A stretch of DNA of 64,000 nucleotides, taken from NCBI GenBank assembly GCA_045648205.1, contig JAZRNM010000030.1, positions 84,501 to 148,500 on the forward strand. The letters run 5' to 3'. This document shows positions 36,811-44,136 of the stretch, piece after piece. The translations under genes were made by a program, and so were the position numbers. The stretch comes from Clostridia bacterium (GTDB taxonomy: Bacteria; Bacillota; Clostridia; Monoglobales; Monoglobaceae). A model generated the notes under the pieces. It was given only the letters and a program-made list of their open reading frames with translations, was not told the DNA's origin and searched no databases. How positions within the stretch are numbered: the first letter of the stretch is position 1; every line of letters begins with the position of its first letter.

Positions 36811-36975
36811 GAAATTTGCCTGCGGCAAGTGAAATAACTTCGCTATGAAATACGCTATGCGTATGAAATATTGCTTTGCAATATAAATTGGCAAATTTTA
36901 TTTCACATTTTTCGATTAGAAAAATATTTCATAATCCGCAGAATTATTTCATATCAACGAAGTTGATATTTCATT
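36811..36975. repeat. Mirror-symmetric heptad array: four (T)GAAAT(A) repeats, then four (T)ATTTCA repeats, with the intervals filled by unrelated short perfect palindromes
   Basis: GAAAT starts at 36811, 36831, 36847 and 36865. ATTTC starts at 36900, 36926, 36946 and 36968. The palindromes lie at 36816-28, 36851-63, 36868-84, 36885-98, 36907-25, 36931-47 and 36951-69. Confidence 0.7.
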
Positions 36976-37033
36976 ACAAAAATCATATTTTTTACAGAAC
37001 AACTCAGAGGGTCTTCCATATTGTTCTTTTCCC

Positions 37034-37062
37034 TTGCAATTTTTTTCTTTATGTGCTATAAT
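37034..37062 (+). promoter_or_regulatory. Near-consensus sigma-A promoter
   Basis: TTGCAA (37034-39), 17-nt spacer, TGcTATAAT (37054-62). Confidence 0.7.
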
Positions 37063-37068
37063 ATTTTT

Positions 37069-37216
37069 GCGACACATCTGAATATTTTGGCCATAGTTGG
37101 TGCATTTTATATTGGTAAAAATGCATCCTCTGCTTTTGCACCCTATGGCGTAAAAGATGTGTCGCAGCATTTGAGGCTATGCATTTTTCGTGCGTAGCTT
37201 CGGCTGCGCATTTTTT
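37069..37216 (+). promoter_or_regulatory. Structured 5' leader with nested helices, antiterminator and intrinsic terminator (riboswitch-like; class unknown)
   Basis: An 11-bp helix joins 37069-79 to 37155-65. A 13-bp helix joins 37090-104 to 37137-49. A competing hairpin joins 37101-08 to 37118-25. The terminator TGCGTAGC-uucg-GCUGCGCA followed by U6 lies at 37191-37216. The alternative pairing is 37163-68 with 37203-08. Confidence 0.55.
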
Positions 37217-37234
37217 AATTTGAGAGGTAGAGAA

Positions 37235-37468
37235 ATGAATGTAAAGGTTGAACTTTTAAAAAGCTACATATCCGATTTCATAAACAACCAGATTGAAGAT
37301 TTTGAAATTGATTCATCGCAAATTGCTGATACAACTGCTATACAGATGCTGGCTGAAATACAAAAAATAATAAAAAATGAATCTTATTCTGATTTTGAAG
37401 CAATCGAAGAAATAGTATGTATTTTTGAGAAATATAATATTGATTTTGGAAGTTGTCATGATTTCTAA
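37235..37468 (+). CDS. Hypothetical small acidic protein (78 aa)
   Basis: The ORF starts ATG 37235, preceded by GAGAGGTAGAG, and reads MNVKVELLKSYISDFINNQIEDFEID.... I recognise no domain. The track start at 37190 lies inside the terminator. Confidence 0.55.
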   Translation: MNVKVELLKSYISDFINNQIEDFEIDSSQIADTTAIQMLAEIQKIIKNESYSDFEAIEEIVCIFEKYNIDFGSCHDF

Positions 37469-37498
37469 TGCATCTATTGCGAACGTAAAAGTCAAAAC

Positions 37499-37532
37499 AA
37501 AAAGCACTTGCAGATTTGCAAGTGCTTTTTTT
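37499..37532. terminator. Bidirectional terminator
   Basis: GCACTTGCA-gatt-TGCAAGTGC is flanked by an A-run and a T7 run. It lies between the small ORF and the convergent SLH gene. Confidence 0.85.
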
Positions 37533-37548
37533 CAATTTTCCAAAATTA

Positions 37549-40455
37549 TTATCTTACGATAACCATTTCAGAAACCTTATCCTCAAAAATCTTGATAAAG
37601 AGTCTTACCTCATTACCCTCTTCAAAAACCTCAATGTCACCTGCTGTAACAACATTCACATTTTCGGTCTTTCTCTGAGAATTATATTCATAAACAGTCA
37701 CATCTGCTGTTGAATAGTTCTTGACAGTTCCGTTCACACTTACGTTGACAGAATCTGCAAACTTTTTGGTAACACGACCATAAACTGTCACAAGGTCTGT
37801 TCCTATTGTCTTTGTGAACTCTGTTGCCTTGGCGTCTCTGTCAAAGAGAAGTGTGATTGTGTCAACCTCGCCCTGAGCATTTGTGCTGTACTGGAACACG
37901 TCACCCTGTTCAAGCTTGCCGTCACCCTTCACGAAAACTGTTGTGTCTTCTGCCATAAGCTCAACCGGTCTGCCGTTTTCAAGACCATAAACCACATCAA
38001 CTGTTTCATAGTCTTCATTCTGTGCAGTTGCAATCTGGTCAACAATCACGATTGGTGACTTGGCTTCAGCAATGCCGGTTGTACTTGTAACAATAATAGC
38101 GCCAGCCGAGAAGTCTTCATTCAAATCATAAACGATTATATCATAAGGTGTGTTGTTTGCAAACATATTGCTGCTTCTCACAGCATACTTGGTTGTGTCT
38201 GTGCCTGCTGATGCAGGAATATCAAATACAACTGTGTTTTGTGTTACCTTAACATTTCCGAGCATTCCCGATGCACTCTTATACACCTGGTCGGCTGCAG
38301 AAATATTCTTTGTAAACACGCCCTTGTTTACGGCACCGTTTGCTGTTTTGTCAACTGCAATGTCAAGGCCTGTCAGAACTCCCTGAGAATTTGTTTCATA
38401 AGTGATAAGCTGGGGAGTTACCACGCCATCTTTTCCAAACTGTTCAAGAACCTTGTCCTGAGTGAGACCATAAGTGTCGTTTACACGGATTTTTTGTGCA
38501 CCGTTAAACACCCTTGTTTCTCCCTGAGCGGTGAAAATCTTGAACTGGATTGTCTTGTCAATTGTGCCTGTTACAGCAGCATCTGTCAAATAGCCATAAG
38601 CCCCGCGGATTGCACTGCCTGTTGCTGTTTCTGTTGGGTCAACTGCTGCAACATTACCCTCAACATCCAGATAGAATCTGCCCTCATCGCCAAGCTTTAT
38701 ATCATTGGGGTAATTTGCAGCTTTTTCATAGGTCTCTTCTGAATTGTTAATCTTAAATCCTTCATTTGATGTTTGTGTCACTCTGCCTAAGATGCTGTCT
38801 GTTGTCACATATGCTTTAATAAGCTGTTTGTCTGTGCTGATTGTATACGAAATAACATTCCATTCTTCAAGGTCTGCGGGTTCAATTTCAACTCCGTTTC
38901 TCATAAGAGTGAACATAACCTCTGTGTTTTCAGGGTTAAGGAGAAGTGAACCATTGTTATATTTGTCTGTAATTCTTCCTGTCACCGAAGAAACATTTTC
39001 AACAACAAGATTTGTGAAATGATTTACAAACGCAATGTCATATACATTGTTCACATCAGTATCGAGAAGAATCAGGTTGCCTGTCTTTGGAATGAGCTGT
39101 TCGTTGGTAAGAGTCTGGGCATACTTTCCGTTGAAAATATAAACAGGTGACGCAACTATTGTTGCAGTTCTGGTAGTTGAATCATTTGTTCCTGCTCTCC
39201 AATAGGTTACTGTCTTGTTGACATTCGCATCTCCTGTAACAGATACAATGTCTCTTGCATTGATTGTAAGAACATTGTTTTTGCTGTCCTGAGGTCTCAC
39301 AAGAATAAGTGTCTTCACATCAGATGTTGAGTCAATTCTCGCATAATAAACTACATTGTAGCCAAGATAATCTCTCGCGCCTGATTTGCCTTCATTGAAT
39401 ATGCTGTCATTAATCAGAATCTGGTCTTCTGCGGTTGTGCTTCCTCCGCTGAGAGTTGTCTCGGATGTTCCTTTAATCTGTCCGTATGCCTTTTCAACAT
39501 TCAATCTGTCATAAAGAAGCGTCTTGTCAACCACTTCATAAACCACATTGCTTCCAAAACCTGTCTGTTCCATAAGGTTGACAGTTAATGCATTAAATAC
39601 GAGCTGTGCAACATCTCCTCTTTTGACGGGAGTTGCGCCTGCCGCTGCAATACCTTTGAGAAGCTGATTTTCAGATGCAACTGCCATATATCCGGCAGGG
39701 TATCCGCCTCTGTCACGGGCAACAGGCTCAAAACCAAGTGCTCTCACCATAATGGTAACAGCCTCCTGGAAAAGCACAGGGTCGTCAGGACGGAATGTGC
39801 CCACATCGTCACCAATCACCATCCCCTGCTGGTCAGCAACATTAATAGCCCCATTTGCCCAGTGGTTTGATGCCACGTCAGGGAAACGGGTGGGAATATT
39901 TGCACCATTTGCAACATCCTCAAGACCAACTGAATAAACAGCTACCTTTGCCATTTCTGAACGCAAAATGGTGTCATCGGGACGGAATGCTCCGGATTCA
40001 GCATCACCAACCATAATTCCCAAAGCACCCAAAACCTCAGCAGCTTCCTCATACTTTGTGCCGGCAATATCAGGTGAAAGCACAACCCGTCTGCTGCTGT
40101 AGCGTGAAGGTGCCACATTCTCATTAAGGTCGTCATTCATCATCGCATTGTGTTTTGTCTGATTTTGTTCCACGATTGCTTCACTATTATCAATCGTCTT
40201 TGTGGCACGCGGAGTTGCCGCCTGCTCACTTGTTGTTTCTGGATTATTTTGTCCATTTGCCCCATTATTCTGAGCCTGGTCTGCAGAATTTGTTGTGCCG
40301 TCACTGTTTCCGGCATTACCTTCTGCGGCGCCATTGAGCATCTCGGGAGTTTCACCCGATGCTAACTTCGGCTCAGCATCTGCGGCAAAAACATTCAGGC
40401 CAAGTGTAAAGACAACGCTTATTGCCAGACACAAGGCAAGAAATCTTTTTGACAT
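37549..40455 (-). CDS. SLH-domain cell-surface protein (candidate S-layer protein), 968 aa
   Basis: It has a signal peptide (MSKRFLALCLAISVVFTLGLNVFA), an N/Q/G-rich linker, three SLH repeats (for example FPDVASNHWANGAINVADQQGMVIGDDVGTFRPDDPV) and a long beta-rich body. Confidence 0.85.
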   Translation of the reverse strand: MSKRFLALCLAISVVFTLGLNVFAADAEPKLASGETPEMLNGAAEGNAGNSDGTTNSADQAQNNGANGQNNPETTSEQAATPRATKTIDNSEAIVEQNQTKHNAMMNDDLNENVAPSRYSSRRVVLSPDIAGTKYEEAAEVLGALGIMVGDAESGAFRPDDTILRSEMAKVAVYSVGLEDVANGANIPTRFPDVASNHWANGAINVADQQGMVIGDDVGTFRPDDPVLFQEAVTIMVRALGFEPVARDRGGYPAGYMAVASENQLLKGIAAAGATPVKRGDVAQLVFNALTVNLMEQTGFGSNVVYEVVDKTLLYDRLNVEKAYGQIKGTSETTLSGGSTTAEDQILINDSIFNEGKSGARDYLGYNVVYYARIDSTSDVKTLILVRPQDSKNNVLTINARDIVSVTGDANVNKTVTYWRAGTNDSTTRTATIVASPVYIFNGKYAQTLTNEQLIPKTGNLILLDTDVNNVYDIAFVNHFTNLVVENVSSVTGRITDKYNNGSLLLNPENTEVMFTLMRNGVEIEPADLEEWNVISYTISTDKQLIKAYVTTDSILGRVTQTSNEGFKINNSEETYEKAANYPNDIKLGDEGRFYLDVEGNVAAVDPTETATGSAIRGAYGYLTDAAVTGTIDKTIQFKIFTAQGETRVFNGAQKIRVNDTYGLTQDKVLEQFGKDGVVTPQLITYETNSQGVLTGLDIAVDKTANGAVNKGVFTKNISAADQVYKSASGMLGNVKVTQNTVVFDIPASAGTDTTKYAVRSSNMFANNTPYDIIVYDLNEDFSAGAIIVTSTTGIAEAKSPIVIVDQIATAQNEDYETVDVVYGLENGRPVELMAEDTTVFVKGDGKLEQGDVFQYSTNAQGEVDTITLLFDRDAKATEFTKTIGTDLVTVYGRVTKKFADSVNVSVNGTVKNYSTADVTVYEYNSQRKTENVNVVTAGDIEVFEEGNEVRLFIKIFEDKVSEMVIVR

Positions 40456-40619
40456 TTTTATTCCTCCTCTTTAAAAATTAAAATGTTTCGTGTTTATTGT
40501 GTGCCAATGAGAATAATTTACAACATCAACTTTTTGGTTCAATTAGCAAAAATAATCCAATGTTCCAATATTTTTATCAACTCGTAACAAATCTGTAAAA
40601 ACTTTTTATTTAAATATAG

Positions 40620-40648
40620 TTGAAATTTGTAAAAAGTTGTGGTACAAT
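40620..40648 (+). promoter_or_regulatory. Promoter of the second SLH gene
   Basis: TTGAAA (40620-25), 17-nt spacer, TGgTACAAT with the -10 hexamer at 40643-48. Confidence 0.6.
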
Positions 40649-40726
40649 ATAGAGGATATAGACTATATATTGTGTTTTTTTGATAATTTATTAAATTTTA
40701 CATATTATATTAGGGAGGTACATCAA

Positions 40727-42553
40727 ATGAAAACAAAAAAAATTGTGAGCGGAATTTTGTGCGTAATCTTTCTGCTCTCCACAGTGGCTGTTTCTGCTCG
40801 AACCTTTTCTGACGTAGAACACGACCCGACAGTTGCATGGGCAAAGCCCTATATCAACGCAATGGCAGATGCAGGCTATCTTAAGGGCTATGAGGACGGA
40901 ACATTTAAGCCCAACAACACCATCTCAAAAACTGAGGCGCTCATTCTTCTTTCCAGAATGATTGGTGTAAATGATGAAAGTTTTGCAGATTCAGTTGAAC
41001 TGGCAGTGGACGCATATAATTCCACATTGAGTAATTTTTCAACAAACTATGCAAAAGAAATCTCATATCTCCTCTACGCAGGAGTTCTCAAATCATCTGA
41101 ACTTGATACATACATTTCAAATTCAAACAAAAACACAGCCCTCAAAAGATATGAAGCGGCAATTCTCCTGACCAAGCTTTTGGGAGCAGAAGACGAGGTT
41201 CTCGGAAACGCATTTGTTTCTTCATCTTATGCTGACACAGTGGAAATTCCCGATTCAGCTAGAGCTTACGTTGAATATGTAAAAGAAAAAGGCATTATGC
41301 AGGGTATGGGAAACAACGAAGACGGCGAGCCTATGTTTTCTCCCAAAACATCTGTAACACGTTCACAAATGGCGAAAATGCTTCACAGTCTGATTGACAT
41401 AGTCGACTTGTCTGTTCAGACAGGTGTTGTTGCATCAACCGACAATGTTGGAAAAACAATTACAATCACCATTGGCGGCAACGACATTGTGAATGATGTT
41501 GCATCAAGCACAAAAATAAAAATCAACGGCAAGGATGCGGGTCTAAACGAAATGCGTGTTGGCATGCACGTAAAGATTGCTCATGCCGCAGGCAAGGTTC
41601 TCCTCATTGAAAACTATGCAGCTGTTGAAGATTCTGTGATTTACGGAATTGTTTCAACAACAAAGGATTCAAGCGGAACAAAATCTGTTACCATAACAGA
41701 TGCAAATGACAAAACAAAAATTGAAACATACATCCTTGCAGCAGATGCAAAGGTGAAAGTCAATGGTGCAATTGACCTCTTCAGCAAATTGAAGTCAGGC
41801 AGCTATGTGGCACTCACAATGGTTGACGGATTGGTTGACCTTGTTGATGTAATTGACAAATCAGCAACTGCAGGTGGAAAGCTTGTTTCTGTTGATGCAT
41901 CAGGCGACTTCACAACACTTGTGGTTGAAGATACCTTGGGCAACATCAACACCTATGAAGTTTCAGCCGAAGAAGTACAGGTTTCACGCAACAGTCTGGA
42001 ATGCAAACTCAACGCTCTTATGGTTGGTGACACCGTATCGCTCAGACTGACTTATGGAAAGGTTACAAGAATTAACGCAAGCAGCAAAAACCAATCCTTG
42101 TCAGGAACAATTTCATACATCATCCACGAAACAAGCGGAACAACCCTTGGAATCAAGATGAAGGATGACACCAACGAATACAAAGTGAACAAGAGTGTTA
42201 ACATTCTGATTGACTCAACTGAAAAAGGTACAGTTTATGACCTCCGTCCCGGAACAGACATCGACTTCACGCTTCAGAGCAGCGAAATCATATCACTCGA
42301 AACTGCCGCAACTGTTTCAAAATCCCAGATAAACATCGGAACTGTGGTTTCAGTAAACCCAACCTATGGTCTGTTGGTTGTTGAAGAAGACGGTGTTCAG
42401 TATAACATCTTCATCAACACAAGCACAAAGATAATTGACAGTGTAAGCGGAAAAGCAGTTGCTCTCAAATCAATCGCAAAGGGCAGAACTGTTACAGTAA
42501 CAGGCTCAAACGCATCAGGCGTTCTTGAAGCAAGCGTTATTGTCCTCCAGTAA
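40727..42553 (+). CDS. SLH-domain cell-surface protein, 608 aa
   Basis: ATG 40727 follows TAGGGAGG. It has a signal peptide (MKTKKIVSGILCVIFLLSTVAVSA), SLH repeats (FSDVEHDPTVAWAKPYINAMADAGYLKGYEDGTFKPNN) and a beta-rich C-terminal region. Confidence 0.85.
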   Translation: MKTKKIVSGILCVIFLLSTVAVSARTFSDVEHDPTVAWAKPYINAMADAGYLKGYEDGTFKPNNTISKTEALILLSRMIGVNDESFADSVELAVDAYNSTLSNFSTNYAKEISYLLYAGVLKSSELDTYISNSNKNTALKRYEAAILLTKLLGAEDEVLGNAFVSSSYADTVEIPDSARAYVEYVKEKGIMQGMGNNEDGEPMFSPKTSVTRSQMAKMLHSLIDIVDLSVQTGVVASTDNVGKTITITIGGNDIVNDVASSTKIKINGKDAGLNEMRVGMHVKIAHAAGKVLLIENYAAVEDSVIYGIVSTTKDSSGTKSVTITDANDKTKIETYILAADAKVKVNGAIDLFSKLKSGSYVALTMVDGLVDLVDVIDKSATAGGKLVSVDASGDFTTLVVEDTLGNINTYEVSAEEVQVSRNSLECKLNALMVGDTVSLRLTYGKVTRINASSKNQSLSGTISYIIHETSGTTLGIKMKDDTNEYKVNKSVNILIDSTEKGTVYDLRPGTDIDFTLQSSEIISLETAATVSKSQINIGTVVSVNPTYGLLVVEEDGVQYNIFINTSTKIIDSVSGKAVALKSIAKGRTVTVTGSNASGVLEASVIVLQ

Positions 42554-42568
42554 TTTAACCCAAAATTC

Positions 42569-42606
42569 AAAGAAGGATGCAGCAAAAATGCTGCATCCTT
42601 CTTTTG
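42569..42606 (+). terminator. Strong intrinsic terminator
   Basis: A 16-bp perfect stem pairs AAAGAAGGATGCAGCA with TGCTGCATCCTTCTTT around an AAAA loop, followed by a terminal T. Confidence 0.9.
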
Positions 42607-42647
42607 TATAAAATCATTCTTTTTTGTAAATACTTACCATAAAAATT

Positions 42648-42820
42648 GTCGGTGAAACATTTTAATGTTTCAGTTTGCTAAAATTAGCAAACTATTGTGA
42701 AAACACAGTTTTCACAGGCCGACTTTATTGCAATCAAGCGTAGCTTTCAAACTTTTGGTTTGAAAGTCGCGGAACTTGTTCCGTCAAAACGGCGTTCTGC
42801 CGTTTTCTACGTCCTTGATT
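42648..42820. other. Two tandem cloverleaf-like modules (each a closing helix plus three perfect hairpins)
   Basis: Module 1 (42648-42723): closing helix GTCGG/CCGAC, with hairpins at 42653-72 (8 bp), 42673-92 (9 bp) and 42696-716 (9 bp). Module 2 (42732-42820): 12-bp closing helix AATCAAGCGTAG/CTACG-tc-CTTGATT, with hairpins at 42744-66 (9 bp), 42770-83 (6 bp) and 42786-806 (8 bp). Confidence 0.6.
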
Positions 42821-42850
42821 ATATCTAACATATGGAGGTATAATTTTCAA

Positions 42851-43150
42851 ATGATTGACAAAAAGGCACGAAAGGTTGTTATCATAAACAACATAAATTC
42901 CGATACCATTGACCAGGCAATATTCATCCTGAAAACTGAACTGCCAAACAAAAGCTGCGAAAACCATATTGTCGAAGAAGCTCAAAAAATAATTGACAGC
43001 TATGTCCGTCAGGTTGAGCGTCTGAAAACAACAGGCGGACATTCAGCAAAATCCCGCCATCGCAATAGTTTTCTTTCCACACTCCTCACCATATCCTGCA
43101 CTGCAGCATTTATGCTCACAGTCTTCTTTTTTGCAGTTTACAATATGTAG
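42851..43150 (+). CDS. Hypothetical tail-anchored small protein (99 aa)
   Basis: ATG 42851 follows TATGGAGG. The protein reads MIDKKARKVVIINNINSDTIDQAIFILK... and has a C-terminal TM segment (FLSTLLTISCTAAFMLTVFFFAV). I recognise no family. Confidence 0.5.
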   Translation: MIDKKARKVVIINNINSDTIDQAIFILKTELPNKSCENHIVEEAQKIIDSYVRQVERLKTTGGHSAKSRHRNSFLSTLLTISCTAAFMLTVFFFAVYNM

Positions 43151-43623
43151 GCAAGATTGATCACGTTAATCCCCTTTTCCCTTGCACAATTGACCGTATA
43201 CTCTGTTCCGCCACCGCCCGTGAAATATGCAATGCAGAAGCTACTGTGATTCACCATAAACTTATTTCTAAGATGCATACAGCCCGTGCAGTATTCCTGA
43301 CAAACATATGTAACTTCATCTGCAAGAGCCAAGATATTTTCATATCTTTTCCGGTCACGCAGTCCCCATTTTTTGTGTTGGTTGTGACACGGAAGTGCCA
43401 TTCCCAGTTTAATATGGGGATGATTTCTTTTCTTTTCAAGCACAATTTCAGCCGCAAGAAGGTCAAAACCCAGTGCCCCACCTGAGATAAAGCACGTATA
43501 TCCATTTTCAATCAATCCATCAACCGTTTCCGACAATCGTGCCGTTATGGCATCAAGCTTTTCTGCGGGCAATATCCTGTGCCCCGTGAAACAGCAGGTC
43601 TGAGATATTTTAAATTCAAGCAT
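43138..43623 (-). CDS. DUF1273 / SLOG family protein (YpsA-like)
   Basis: 161 aa with the motifs CCFTGHR, FISGGALGFD and CIAYFTGGGGTEYTV, typical of DUF1273. Confidence 0.8.
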   Translation of the reverse strand: MLEFKISQTCCFTGHRILPAEKLDAITARLSETVDGLIENGYTCFISGGALGFDLLAAEIVLEKKRNHPHIKLGMALPCHNQHKKWGLRDRKRYENILALADEVTYVCQEYCTGCMHLRNKFMVNHSSFCIAYFTGGGGTEYTVNCAREKGINVINLAYIL

Positions 43624-43758
43624 TCAAAAGCCTCTTTTCCGTTTTTATACCAAAACATTTTATCACGCAACCCAAATCCTTGTCAATAATTCACCTTTAC
43701 AAAAATACCCTTGTGTGATAAAATTAATTTCACAAACCAAACCAAAAGGAGATTGCTT

Positions 43759-44136
43759 ATGAAAATTTTCAGACAAATAATAACAATATTTATCTTGTGC
43801 TGTCTGGGTGACATCATTTCACTTTTTCTCCCGATACCCTTTCCGGGAAGTGTGATTGCACTTATCCTTTTGTTTTTATGTTTGCTTTCAGGACTCATAA
43901 AAACAGTTCAAATTGAGCTTTTGTCTGATTTTTTACTAAAAAATATAACACTTGTGTTCATTCCGTCCACAGTTTCAATCATTGCATATATTGACGTTTT
44001 CAAAGGAATTCTCTGGCAGTTTATTTTCATATGTTGCATAACAACAGTAATAACCTTTTTTGCAACAGCCTATTCTGTCAAACTGACAATGTATCTTCTA
44101 AACAAAGCAAAAGGAGGGCAGAGCCATGCTGAATGA
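43759..44136 (+). CDS. lrgA: CidA/LrgA family holin-like protein
   Basis: ATG 43759 follows AAAGGAG. The protein has four TM segments and lies upstream of lrgB, overlapping it. Confidence 0.8.
   Translation: MKIFRQIITIFILCCLGDIISLFLPIPFPGSVIALILLFLCLLSGLIKTVQIELLSDFLLKNITLVFIPSTVSIIAYIDVFKGILWQFIFICCITTVITFFATAYSVKLTMYLLNKAKGGQSHAE

Noticed and set aside
36811-36975. A possible CRISPR array or minisatellite.
   Set aside because: The repeat unit is only about 7 nt and the spacers are 9-19 nt. The repeat orientation flips halfway, and there are no cas genes. The array does not fit CRISPR or a simple tandem repeat.
36876-37170. Two track ORFs (61 aa on the plus strand, 73 aa on the minus strand) in the tRNA-Gly downstream region.
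   Set aside because: Neither has an RBS. Their composition is dictated by the palindromes and heptads, they span a promoter and the leader helices, and the Cys/Lys-rich sequence is an artefact of self-complementary DNA.
36702-37532. An integrated mobile element using tRNA-Gly as its attachment site.
   Set aside because: There is no integrase, recombinase or phage gene. I could not find a direct repeat of the tRNA 3' end downstream by eye. Only one small ORF lies between the tRNA and the SLH gene.
40637-40726. The upstream start (40637) for the second SLH protein.
   Set aside because: The extension precedes the TAGGGAGG RBS and the signal peptide that starts at ATG 40727. It also overlaps the promoter and the 5' UTR.
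42653-42672. GTGAAACA...TGTTTCA as a parS site.
   Set aside because: parS is TGTTTCAC-GTGAAACA, with the halves abutting in the opposite order. Here the half-sites are swapped and separated by 6 nt.
42770-42783. CGGAACTTGTTCCG as a LexA (Cheo) box.
   Set aside because: The Firmicute SOS box is GAAC-N4-GTTC. Here the spacer is only 2 nt, and the site is one arm of a larger nested structure.
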